This document shows, piece by piece, positions 38,901 to 49,367 of a stretch of 64,000 bases of DNA. This DNA is from Octopus bimaculoides. Taxonomy: Eukaryota. How positions within the stretch are numbered: the stretch's first letter is position 1; every line of letters starts with the position of its first letter. The notes beneath the pieces are model-generated. The model did not search any database. It was not told where the DNA came from and saw nothing but the letters and a program-made list of their open reading frames with translations. The translations under genes were made by a program, and so were the position numbers. Location: NCBI RefSeq assembly GCF_001194135.2, contig NC_068986.1:8696459-8760458 (forward strand). The letters run 5' to 3'.

Positions 38901-39140
38901 TACATTATTTACGTTTGACAGATATTTGTCATCTTGTTTGTTGTTAACACAACGTTTCGGCTGATATACCCTCCAGCCTTCATCAGGTGTCTTGGGGAAA
39001 TTTCGAACCTGGGTTCTCATTTCTAAAGTATTTTTCAATGTTGTTGTTATTATTATAATTATTATTCAAGTCACTGCCTGGAATCGAACTCAGAATCTTG
39101 GGGTTAGTAGCACGCGCTCTTAACCACTACACCATATACC
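38901..39140 (-). mobile_element. SINE family F (tRNA-like head, tail carrying a hammerhead motif)
   Basis: Minus strand A-box tggtgtagtggtta and B-box gagttcgattcc, (aat)n linker, tail ...cacctgatgaaggctgg...cagccgaaacgttgtgttaacaac. Confidence 0.85.
38946..38991 (-). ncRNA. Minimal type I hammerhead ribozyme motif
   Basis: gacac CTGATGA A ggctg gagggtatat cagcc GAA ACGT T gtgtt: stem I 5 bp (one G-U), stem II 5 bp, intact core, palindromic ACGT at helix III, GUU triplet. Confidence 0.65.
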
Positions 39141-39225
39141 TACTGTATCTAATTTGAAGTAGTTGGAATAAAAAATATCAATGTATCTGAGGCGTTCAAT
39201 AAGTTGTTTGACTAAACCTGTCTTT

Positions 39226-39536
39226 TTCCTTTCGAGTGTTGGGCCTCACGGAGGCAATGACCGAGATCTTTGGCATTATGTTGTGCTTGAGAAGACCCAT
39301 CAAGCCAAGTAAAATCACAGTCATGGCAGATTCTAGTGTGACGCAAATGGCACCTGTGCTGGTGGCACGTTAAAGCATCCATTACACTCTCAGTGTGGTT
39401 GGCATTAGGAAGGGCATCCAGCCATAGAAACCATGCCAAATTGGACTGGAGCCTGGTGCAGCCTTCCAGCTTGCTAGCCCTGGTCAAACTGTCCTACTCA
39501 TGCCAGAATGGACAATGGACAGTAAATGATGATGTA
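39226..39536 (+). mobile_element. SINE family C
   Basis: cgagtgttgggcctcacggaggcaatgaccgag...gtaaatgatgatg. Confidence 0.85.
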
Positions 39537-39591
39537 GCAATCATTAAGAAAATTAAATTAACAGGAAGATAAATATATATATATATATATA

Positions 39592-39633
<42 letters not shown>

Positions 39634-39817
39634 TGTGTGTGTGTGTGTGTATANNNNNNNNNNNNNNNNNNNNNNNNNNNNNNNNNNNNNNNNNNNNNNN
39701 NNNNNNNNNNNNNNNNNNNNNNNNNNNNNNNNNACACACACAGTTGTGAATCTGGAATTAGAAACTATATACAACTGTGAGTATTCTGGTAGTTAGAAGA
39801 TATGTATCTATCTTTCT

Positions 39818-39862
<45 letters not shown>

Positions 39863-40217
39863 CTACCTGCCTACCTGTTGTTGTGAATATTTTAGAAATT
39901 CAAAACTATATTCCATGACTAAATGTAATCTGAAGATTAATGTTTCTATAAAGTGATGTCACATTCAAAGTAGTCATCTTACTTGTTTAGGTTACCATTA
40001 TATTTTACTTAAATTATATTTGGTGGTAATTCAAGTTAATCAGTGTGTGTGTGTGTGTACATGATTATATCTCGTGTATGTGTGTGATGTTTGTGTATAT
40101 ATATGTATGTTATTAATTATATTTCTCAATATTGATCTGGTCAACAATATCTATAGATTTACAAGTTAGTAAGAACAAGGCAACATAAAAGAGGAAAATT
40201 ATAACTTTCATATTGGC

Positions 40218-40259
<42 letters not shown>

Positions 40260-40359
40260 ATTATATATGTGTATGCATTTGTATACACATATATGTATAT
40301 ATGAATCTTGTGTTTGTAAATGATACACACACTCTTTGTGTGTATGTGTGTGTTAGATG

Positions 40360-40515
40360 ATGCAGTCTTGGCTGTGTTATGAAGTTTGTTTCACAAGCAT
40401 GGGGTTTTAGGTTCAATCTCAGTGCACAGCACCTAAGGCAAGAAAGAGTCTTGTATATCCAGGCCAACCAATGCCATAAGTGGATTTGTTAAGCAGAAAC
40501 TGAGCAATACCTGCC
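40360..40515 (+). mobile_element. Degenerate family B head
   Basis: ggttcaatctcagtgcacagcacctaaggcaag...agtggatttgttaagcagaaactga. Confidence 0.5.
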
Positions 40516-40627
40516 ACACACACACTGTGTGTGTGTGTGTTTGCACACTCGCATAAATGTGTGTATGCATACACACACGCACACACACACAGACACACAC
40601 ACACACACACACACACAGACACACACA

Positions 40628-40663
<36 letters not shown>

Positions 40664-41789
40664 TATTCTATGACTATAAGCATAATTATAATCAGGGGTC
40701 AGCTAATTGCTTCGCCATGCACTGAATTTAAAATACCATTCTGCTACCATAAATATCTCCCAGATAGTAACACATTTTTTTAACACAGGCAAAGAGAAAA
40801 AATAATGAATCCACACGACTCAGATTAGCTACATGCGTTTTGGGATTAAAGTACGGTTATATTTACTTACTTATTTCACCTCTTCGGTGCAGCATTTCAA
40901 ATATAGATTTGAGAGTTAGAATTAAATAAGTACACGATCAAGCGTCGTCGTATAACTGATATTTAACCAGCACTTAATTAATTTTACCCTTTTATTATTA
41001 TTATTATTATAATATATATATATGCCAACATATGCATGTCTGTATATAAACACCTGTGTACACCCATTCACATTCTTCTGTTGCTCTATGAGTTCTGGTC
41101 AGCGGTAGGATTGTTTGTTTCCACATAGGAACCCTTGCAGGCAGGACTTAGAAATAGTGACCTTATGGTCAGTGACTGTAAGCTAGAGTTTCTAGTTTAG
41201 CTTCTTGGTGTAGCAGTCTTAGAATCGATGTATGCTTCTGTTGTTAAGATTTTAAATCAATTTTTCTATTTATAAATTTTAATTTCTGTGGTCCAGGTTG
41301 GTCTGTACAATTTGTGAGTTGCTCATAGTTTCTGGTGTCTAGTTTTTAATTGTATGATTATTTCTGTTTTAATTATGCTGTATATGTTATGTTTGGAATA
41401 CGTGTGTTTATGATTTGGGAAGAGTGTTTTGAAAAGACCAGAAGCAGCATTTCATTTATTCTCTCCTAAAACTGTTTGGTATCAATGGAAGCAGTGATCC
41501 GGCCAAAACCACAATGATATCCGTTGGGTAGTGGATGAAGGAAATTCTCCAGTTGTGTTAACTTGGATGTTGTTCTGTCTCTGCTTGTTGTTAATGGTTA
41601 GTGGTTTGTTTATATGTTGTTTACTTTGTTTGGTATGGTTTACAGTGAAGTAAACAGGTTTTAGGTCATTTCTGATCCTAGTTGGGGTTAGTTCTATAAC
41701 TAATTTAATTCATATGATCTGTAAATATGACATATATATACATACATGTGCATATGTTGTCTGTTTTAGGTATAATACAAATTATTCAT

Positions 41790-42770
41790 GGAATCCGTCT
41801 TCAGTTTTGATAACTGCTTTGATGCAGGACCACAACTGTTGACACATTGGCACTAAATGGTCCTTATTCACTTTGGACATCACCTAGACAAGGGTGGCCA
41901 TCAGTGAAGCTAAGGGTATTGTGAGAATATTGATTAGTCTCTTTTTTGACAATGCTCCAAATGGGCAAGTTTGGAGGCCACTACTTTGGTGTTACCTGAT
42001 CATGAAGATTGTCCGATAGCCATTCTTGTGTCACATGGGCTTTGAGAGAAGTTACTGAGTCTGGTTGAAGCTTGTATGACTTTCCATTGTCTACTTCATC
42101 TGTCCACGGCTCAATGTCTATCTCTCTTTGATCCTTCAACAACTGTAATTCTAAGACCCTGTGCTAAGATGTGATGGAGCATGATGTCACCACTCATAAA
42201 AAACACTTGCTGGAAACTTAGTGTGCATCACTTTCAGAATACCAGAAGAATCTGCACAAGACCATCTGTCATTTCTCTTGTTAGACTTGGTTGAAGTTTT
42301 TCTCATCAGTTAAAAACCAAAGCATGCCATGTTTGTGAAGGTTTGTAACTTTAAGGAACGGCTTTGCAAAGACACAGAAAGCTGTTTGATCTGTGCTAAC
42401 ATGAACTGACCTCTCCCCAGTACATATGATTTCTACTGAATGCCCTCATGTACCACAGTTCTGACTGTCCAGTCTGTCACTTGAAGTTCTTTGACAATGG
42501 ATTTCATTGAAGTTTTGGGGATCATCAATAATGTCTTGAACCTGTTTGGATGAATTCTGAAGTCTTTAGAGTGTCTGAACATTTAGAATGTTTCTTTTCC
42601 CTCTTTGATACATAGATGCAGTCCTGCCAGAAAATTCCAATTCCATCCAAACTTTGTACAAAAAAAATCTTGCAACATTTGGCAATTTCTAAATTGCTGC
42701 GTCCTGCACTCATAGCAAAAATAACTGCATGTCTTTTCCTTTCTTGTGTTAGTATCTTATTTGTCATGAG
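41790..42770 (-). pseudogene. Decayed Tc1/mariner-superfamily transposase
   Basis: Minus strand MTNKILTQERKRHAVIFAMSAGRSNLEIAK (HTH region), WFLTDEKNFNQ (first D, ~42295-42320), KAHVTQEWLSDNLHD and WPPN (~41970), with stops, shifts and deletions. Confidence 0.85.
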
Positions 42771-43030
42771 GGATGTGAAAGAAATAAAAAACCATTTCAT
42801 TGGTTTGAAGAGAGTAATGTATATTGATAATCAAGTCCCCTGAAATGCCCCCTGACCCCTCCCTCCTATGTGTGTGCATATATATGTTTGTGCATGTATA
42901 TGGGTGNNNNNNNNNNNNNNNNNNNNNNNNNNNNNNNNNNNNNNNNNNNNNNNNNNNNNNNNNNNNNNNNNNNNNNNNNNNNNNNNNNNNNNNNNNNNNN
43001 NNNNNNNNNNNNNNNNNNNNNNNNNNNNNN

Positions 43031-43094
<64 letters not shown>

Positions 43095-44092
43095 GTACAA
43101 TTGGCCTATTGAGTATGTTGTTAGTACATCCAATAGATGTACATCCAATACATGCTGTTAGTACATCCAAATGCCTGGTGTTAGTCATTCTAGCTCTCTG
43201 ACTTCCTTGTTCAGCTCTGTTCAACATTGTTGCCATCATTTTCTGATATATAAATTGCCATTCCTGCACTGGGCTGTTTGTTGTTAGTGTTGTTTTCTTT
43301 TTGGAAGATATTGGCTGCAGTCTGAAATGGAATGTGCTAGCTATACAAATGCCCTTGATGCACTTCATCATATAAGAACACTCCTATAACCTCAGAGTTG
43401 GTGACCCAAGGCTCTATCTGTGTCTGTCTTTCTCTCTCTCTCTCTTTCTCCACACACACACATTAGGTTTGCTACCATTTCCTTCTTCCGAATCTCTCTC
43501 AATGCATTGGTTATCCCATCATTAGAAGACACTCATCTAACAGTGCCATGCGTTGGGAAAGAACTTCAAAGGATATGGTCCCAAACTGATTTCTGTCCTT
43601 ACACAGTCAGGCATTCATTTCTTATGTATAGAAGTGTGTGTGTGTGTGTGTGTGAGTGAGTAAATATCTTTTAAAGATTATGTCTTTAGTGAGAGAGGAA
43701 TGTAAAAAGCATTACTGTTCCCCTGTTTTGTGTCAAACCCATGGATGGATTGGAGCCCCTCTTTAATAACTGGGCCCTACTGGCTCTGCTATTTACTGTT
43801 TTAAAATTGTGGTCGTGTGTCTCTGGTGGTTTTTCACATAATAAACATTGTGTGACATTAAAAAGATAAATGATAAATTCCTACTCAAAATGGAAGTCAT
43901 TTTTAGATATGATGCCAATTTTTCACTGCTAGGTGAATGTAAGGAGTGGTGGGGTTGACTCGATAAAAAATGTCACATTTTGATTGCTGTTTGTTGACTT
44001 TCAACCATTTCGCTCTTTCATGTGCAGTGTGTTTGTTTTCATTTTGTGCACACTAAACAACTTTATTGTTTGTAATTATTTCTTATTTAGTG

Positions 44093-44146
<54 letters not shown>

Positions 44147-44586
44147 AGGGTGTATATAATTATATATAGACAGAAGAATTTCTAGATGGATAAATAGATG
44201 CATACAGACACAAACATATTCTTACACACATGCATACATTTGCACAGCAATGCATTAATGTTAGTAGGTTTATATGTTTGTGTGTGTTGTGAAGCAGTAA
44301 ATCTTTCATGTCACTGAAATATTGTTGATAAACTCATAAATCCGCTTTTAGCTTTGAAAATAATCTAAATTGACACATATTCTTTGATAAAAACTCTTTT
44401 ACATATTGTTGCTTCAGTTTTGTTTAGATTTCCCTTTGTTGTTGTTGTTGTTGCTGTTATTGTTGTTATTTTTTATTGTATTGTTGTTATTGTGTAAAAT
44501 AAAAATTAAAAAAAAAAAACACCATTTAAATTTTATATAGAATCATCTTGAATACTGATAAAAGTTTCCTGTTTGTCAATTTGTAG

Positions 44587-45255
44587 GACTGCAACCAGTC
44601 CCAAAGGATGGTGCTGAAGAAAGTTCGAAAGTGTTAGCTGATATTATTGCCAAAGTTGTTCATGAAAAATTTGCTGAACTGACTGATAATTATTCCAGTC
44701 AGTATTCTCGCAGAAAAGTTCTTGCTGGTATTGTGATGACAAGTGGAGCAGATGGTCACGGGGCTTCTGTTATTGGAATTGGAACTGGTACCAAATGTAT
44801 TAATGGAGAATATATGAGTGACAGAGGGTTTGGTGTCAATGATTGCCATGCCGAGATCATAGCCCGCCGTTGTTTCCTTCGCTACATCTACGACCAGCTG
44901 GAGTTGCATCTTTCTGACAACTCAGATGTATGTAATTCTTCAATATTTGAACTTCGAGATAAAGGAGGTTATCAACTTAAAGAAAACATCCAGTTCCATC
45001 TATATATAAGCACTGCTCCTTGCGGTGATGCCCGCATCTTCTCTCCGCATGGCCAGGATGTTGAAACAGGTGACAGACATCCAAATCGCAAAGCTCGAGG
45101 TCAATTAAGAACCAAGATCGAATCTGGAGAAGGAACAATTCCTGTCCGAACGTCTGGTGTTATTCAAACATGGGATGGTGTTTTGGAGGGTGAGCGTTTA
45201 CTTACAATGTCTTGCAGTGACAAGATAGCAAGATGGAATGTCCTTGGAATTCAAG
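44587..45255 (+). CDS. ADAR2: ADAR2 deaminase domain, catalytic exon
   Basis: Acceptor tttgtcaatttgtAG at 44585-44586 and donor G|GTAAGG at 45256; 669 nt, phase 1/1. Joins exon 7340-8101 in frame (MQLFPP-G-LQPVPKDG). Motifs TGTKC, DCHAE (H 44847-49, E 44853-55), PCGDARIFSPH (C 45021-23), KIESGEGT (flipping-loop E 45129-31), MSCSDKIARW (C 45213-15, K 45222-24). Confidence 0.98.
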
Positions 45256-45782
45256 GTAAGGGGTTCAATTCCAATCCGAATACTTTCTTTTCTATTTTCA
45301 ATTTTCACTCAATTAATGGATAGTTGAATAATTTCCCCATAAAACTTCTATAGAAACTGATATGGTCAGTTGAAGGTTTTTGGTAGCCATTTTTTTTACT
45401 ACTGTATTAATCTAGTTTTGTTAATTATCTAATCTCTCTAATGAACCAACTTTCTCAAAATTATGACAAAAAAAAAAAAAATTAAATTTTGATTAAGGTT
45501 GTGTGTCAGTGTTTTTATAAATTTTAAAAATTAATAGCTTCGTCTCATTAAAAAAAATTCTCTTTAAATGTAAATTTTGTTGGAAAAGATTCGTGCTTCT
45601 GATTTGTAGGACTAGAAATGTAATTTAGCAACATAACTCCATGCTTTATTAAATACCCCTTCACTTTTCCATGCTACCTTACTTGGAAACAGGTGAAGGT
45701 TGGTGATAGGATGGACATCCAGCCATAGAAAATCTGTTTCAAGAAATTTCATCCAACACATGCAGGCATGGGAAAGCGGACA

Positions 45783-45986
45783 TTAACCCTTTCAATACCA
45801 ACCCGGCTGAAACTGGCTCTGTAGTACAAATGTCTTGTTTTCATAAGTTTTGAATTAAAATCTTCCACCAAACCTTAGTCACAATTTATGTTCCTAACAC
45901 TAACTTAATGATAACTGAGTTATATTTAAAGTAATTGAAAGAAATACAGAGCATCTCAAAATAAATAACAGTAATGAAAGGGTTAA
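45783..45986. mobile_element. piggyBac-type MITE, same family as 29133-29361, opposite orientation
   Basis: TTAA 45783-86, ccctttc...gaaaggg, TTAA 45983-86; sits in a SINE tail (gcggaca-TTAA-aataacgatgatg). Confidence 0.9.
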
Positions 45987-46351
45987 AATAACGATGATGT
46001 GGGGGCATGGTTGGTTGTAAGACTGGGATAGGATTAGCAACAAGTAAGGCATCCAGTTGTAAAAGAAGGCCCTCATATGGCCCATGCTAGCATGGAAAAG
46101 GAATGAATGTGTGTGTGTGTGTGTGTGTGTGTCTGTGTGTGTGTGTGTGTGTGTATACACACATGTATGTAAACTCCCACACACTTGACATGAAAGTGTT
46201 TTTTGAGCAAGGTAAACTTTGGTCATTTATGAATCTCTATGATAAATCTGGTCAGCCTCATCCAAGCCCTGACTTCAAAAGATCTGATGATTTATTTTCA
46301 TGAATGTCATTGGCAAAAACAAATTGCTTTTTGTTGTTTTTTCATCTCTTC

Positions 46352-46573
46352 TTAACCTTTTTATGATACCAACCTGCCTGACACCACCCTTGGGCTTATG
46401 ATACAAACTTCTTGTTTTAAAGTGAACTAAATTGAAATCTTCCATCAAAATTTTGTTAAATTGTTGCAAACACTACTTTTGTTTGGCAGTTATTTTAAAA
46501 AATTCTTTATTATTTTTCAAAATTAATTGAAACAGAATAAATTTCAATAGAAATATAGTAACAAAAGGCCTAA
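46352..46573. mobile_element. Degenerate related TTAA MITE
   Basis: ttaacctttttatgatacc...gtaacaaaaggcctaa. Confidence 0.55.
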
Positions 46574-46740
46574 ACTGAATGGATGATGTTATAACTGATT
46601 TTAGATAACTATTTTTCTGACAGTTTTATATGCAGTTTTTCTCACTCAGCAACCTTATATTAAATTTGAAAGTTTTTTTTATAATAGATATTTGCATTTG
46701 TTTTGGTTTATTAAATTAGTTTTATCTTTTTGAATTTCAG

Positions 46741-47303
46741 GATCGTTGCTGAGCCATTTTATGAACCCCATATACCTCGAAAGTATTATTCTGGGTAGCT
46801 TATACCACAGTGATCATTTATCACGAGCCATGTATTCCCGTATCTCTATAATAGAGAATCTTCCGGAACCTTTCCATTTAAACCGCCCTTTCCTCAGTGG
46901 TATCAGTAGTCCCGAGAGCCGGCAGCCTGGGAAAGCACCAAATTTTGGCATCAATTGGCGGAAAGAGGATGACACATTTGAAGTGATCAATGCTATGACA
47001 GGTCGAGTTGAAGGTGGTAGTGTGTCAAGAATCTGTAAGCAAGCTTTATTCAGTCGCTTTATGAATTTATATGGTAAGCTGTCTTCATTGACTGGTCAGT
47101 CTGTGACCACTCGTCCAACCCATTACTCTGATGCTAAAGCTGCTGTAATGGAATACCAGTTGGCCAAGCAATGTGTATTTCAAGCATTCCAGAAGGCTGG
47201 TCTTGGCAATTGGGTCCAGAAACCAATAGAACAAGATCAATTTGAAATGTCCACTGAGGCACCAGACATTCAAGTAAAGTCTTCAGGTGACGACTCTGCA
47301 TAA
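46741..47303 (+). CDS. ADAR2: ADAR2 deaminase domain, last coding exon with stop
   Basis: Acceptor ttttatctttttgaatttcAG at 46739-46740, phase 1 (IQG-SLLSHF). Encodes PIYLESIILGSLYH...RQPGKAPNF...AGLGNWVQKPIEQDQF; TAA at 47301-47303. Confidence 0.98.
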
Positions 47304-48094
47304 ATTGCATTCTTCATTTTGCTGAATCGGCTTTATTTCCAAAGTACGAATAATCTTTCACTTATATTAAAGTATCTTCAAAATGGGAACAACTCGACTT
47401 CTTTATTATTTTTAACCATTTTTAATTCCCTTTTTATTGTTTGTTAATCTTGTGTTGTAGCTTTTTCCTCCTTGCTCTTACTTTATGAGATACGTTTTGG
47501 ACATTTTCAATATCTTTGTATCTATTCCTTGGAGTAGCTGCATAGGGTCTCCCTCTGCAGATATAATACAGTGTCTTTGGGCAGGACACTTCATTTCTTT
47601 AAGGCTTCATGCCTATCTAAGAACTTCTTCTTCTTCTTCTTATAATGGCAGGCATATAGTTATGGCAGTCAGTTAAAGAAATCTGCTGTTTTCAAACACC
47701 TTCATTCATTGCACAGAAATCTTCTTTGGAAAACTATGAATGTCACATTTCCTTCTTGACTTCATACCTAATCAAGAAAATAGATTTTCAAATCGAAAAT
47801 GAATATTTCTTTTCCTCTGTTGATTTTCTGTTAAAAAAACAAAAAACAAAAACAACAACAACCCCCCCCCTCCAACAAACTATTAACTTTGAAACCTAAA
47901 TGGGCTCTCGACCACCTCACCTGACTGATTGTCCCAATTCTGTTGTTTCCACCGACCACCCTACTTCTACGTCTATTGTTAGAACTTTAGCCACAATATT
48001 GATAATATTGTTTATCAATTTCTATTTAATACATTAACTCCTTCACTCATATATAGCGCGTGCACACACACAGACACACACACACACAAGAAGC

Positions 48095-48100
48095 AATAAA
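48095..48100 (+). terminator. Candidate proximal polyadenylation signal
   Basis: AATAAA about 790 nt after the stop, followed by T-rich sequence. Sequence only. Confidence 0.35.
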
Positions 48101-48269
48101 TAATTTTGCAATTTAAGTTTCCGATCTCAAGTGATTTTTCACTTTTTTGATTTTGTAAATTCTTTAATATGATGTCATTATTTGATGAGACAAAAACTAT
48201 AGTTTCCTATGTTCGTAAATAGTACCCATCATTTAACGGTACCTTCATCCTTCCACTTCTTACAGTGCA

Positions 48270-48352
<83 letters not shown>

Positions 48353-48941
48353 TTTGTCTTTACAACAATATCTTATTTATTATGTGAACAAATCTGTCGT
48401 CCTTAAATTAACACAAATCTTGTCAGGCTTTGAGTTAAGACAAAATTAATTTGTTGTACATAGCTTAATAGTTCTCTTTCTCTTTCCATTGGTCTAGAGT
48501 GATTTTTTTCCCTTTCTTTCTTTCTTTCTTAATCACATAATTGTCACTATTTGTGGTTTCTCTTCATACGATTTGCCAAACTGAGACTAGACTTAAAAGC
48601 AATGCTACTTGTTTTGTGTGAGACGACATGAGTATGTGTGATAGAGTTTTCAATTTTTCACTATCTCTTCTGAATAAATTTGATCTGTAATAATTCTTGC
48701 TGGTTTTCCAAATCAAAACCCACATTATCAATTTTCAAAGACAATAAAAACCATTTCTGCTCACTTAGCAACTTACTGCTTTCAAGAATTAATTTCTCTT
48801 CATTATTTCGGAACAGCTCATATTCTATTTCCCTTCATTGTTTTTTCTCTTCACAAAATGTCTTTGATGCATTTCCCTCTTTAACTGTAATTGCTACACT
48901 CTCCAACTGTTATCTTTATTATTATTATTATTATTAATTGA

Positions 48942-49367
48942 AGTTGGTGAGCTGGCAGAATTGTTAGCACACCAGGCAAATTCTTAGCATTTTGTCTGTC
49001 TTAACGTTCTGAGTTCAAATTCCGCTGAGGTCGACTTTGCCTTTTGTCCTACTGGGGTTGATGTACTTGACTAGTTAGTCTCCCCACCTCCAATTTTAGG
49101 CCTTGTGCCTTTAGTAGAAAGGATTATTAGTCTTAAGGTGGTGAGCCAGCAGAGTTGTTACTGAACAAAATGCTTAACAGTATTTCATCTGTCTTCACAT
49201 TCTGAGTTCTAATTCCACTGTGCTCAACTTTGCCTTTTGTCCTTTCAGGGGTAATAAAATAAATACCATTTAAGTGCTGGGGTTGATGTGGTTGACTAAC
49301 TCACTCCCCCTCAAAAAATAATTTCAGGCTTTATGCCTATAGTAGAAAAGATTATTATTATTATTAT
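48942..49367 (+). mobile_element. Two tandem family A SINEs
   Basis: Heads ggtgagctggcagaattgttagcac (~48945) and ggtggtgagccagcagagttgtta (~49137); att tails. Confidence 0.8.

Larger units (their letters stand above)
8102..44586 (+). other. Intron of about 36.5 kb between the dsRBD and deaminase exons
   Basis: GT-AG ends and in-frame join whose linker aligns with the vertebrate ADAR2 linker. About 4.9 kb is N, so hidden optional exons cannot be excluded. Confidence 0.85.
45256..46740 (+). other. Intron, 1485 nt
   Basis: GT-AG, phase 1, restores the conserved GIQG-SLLS. Confidence 0.97.

Noticed and set aside
39060-39140. tRNA gene
   Set aside because: A/B boxes belong to a SINE head; no complete acceptor stem or T-run terminator, and it continues into the SINE tail.
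45042-45044. Drosophila-type S-to-G self-editing site in the FSPH loop
   Set aside because: The Ser codon is TCT, which A-to-I editing cannot recode.
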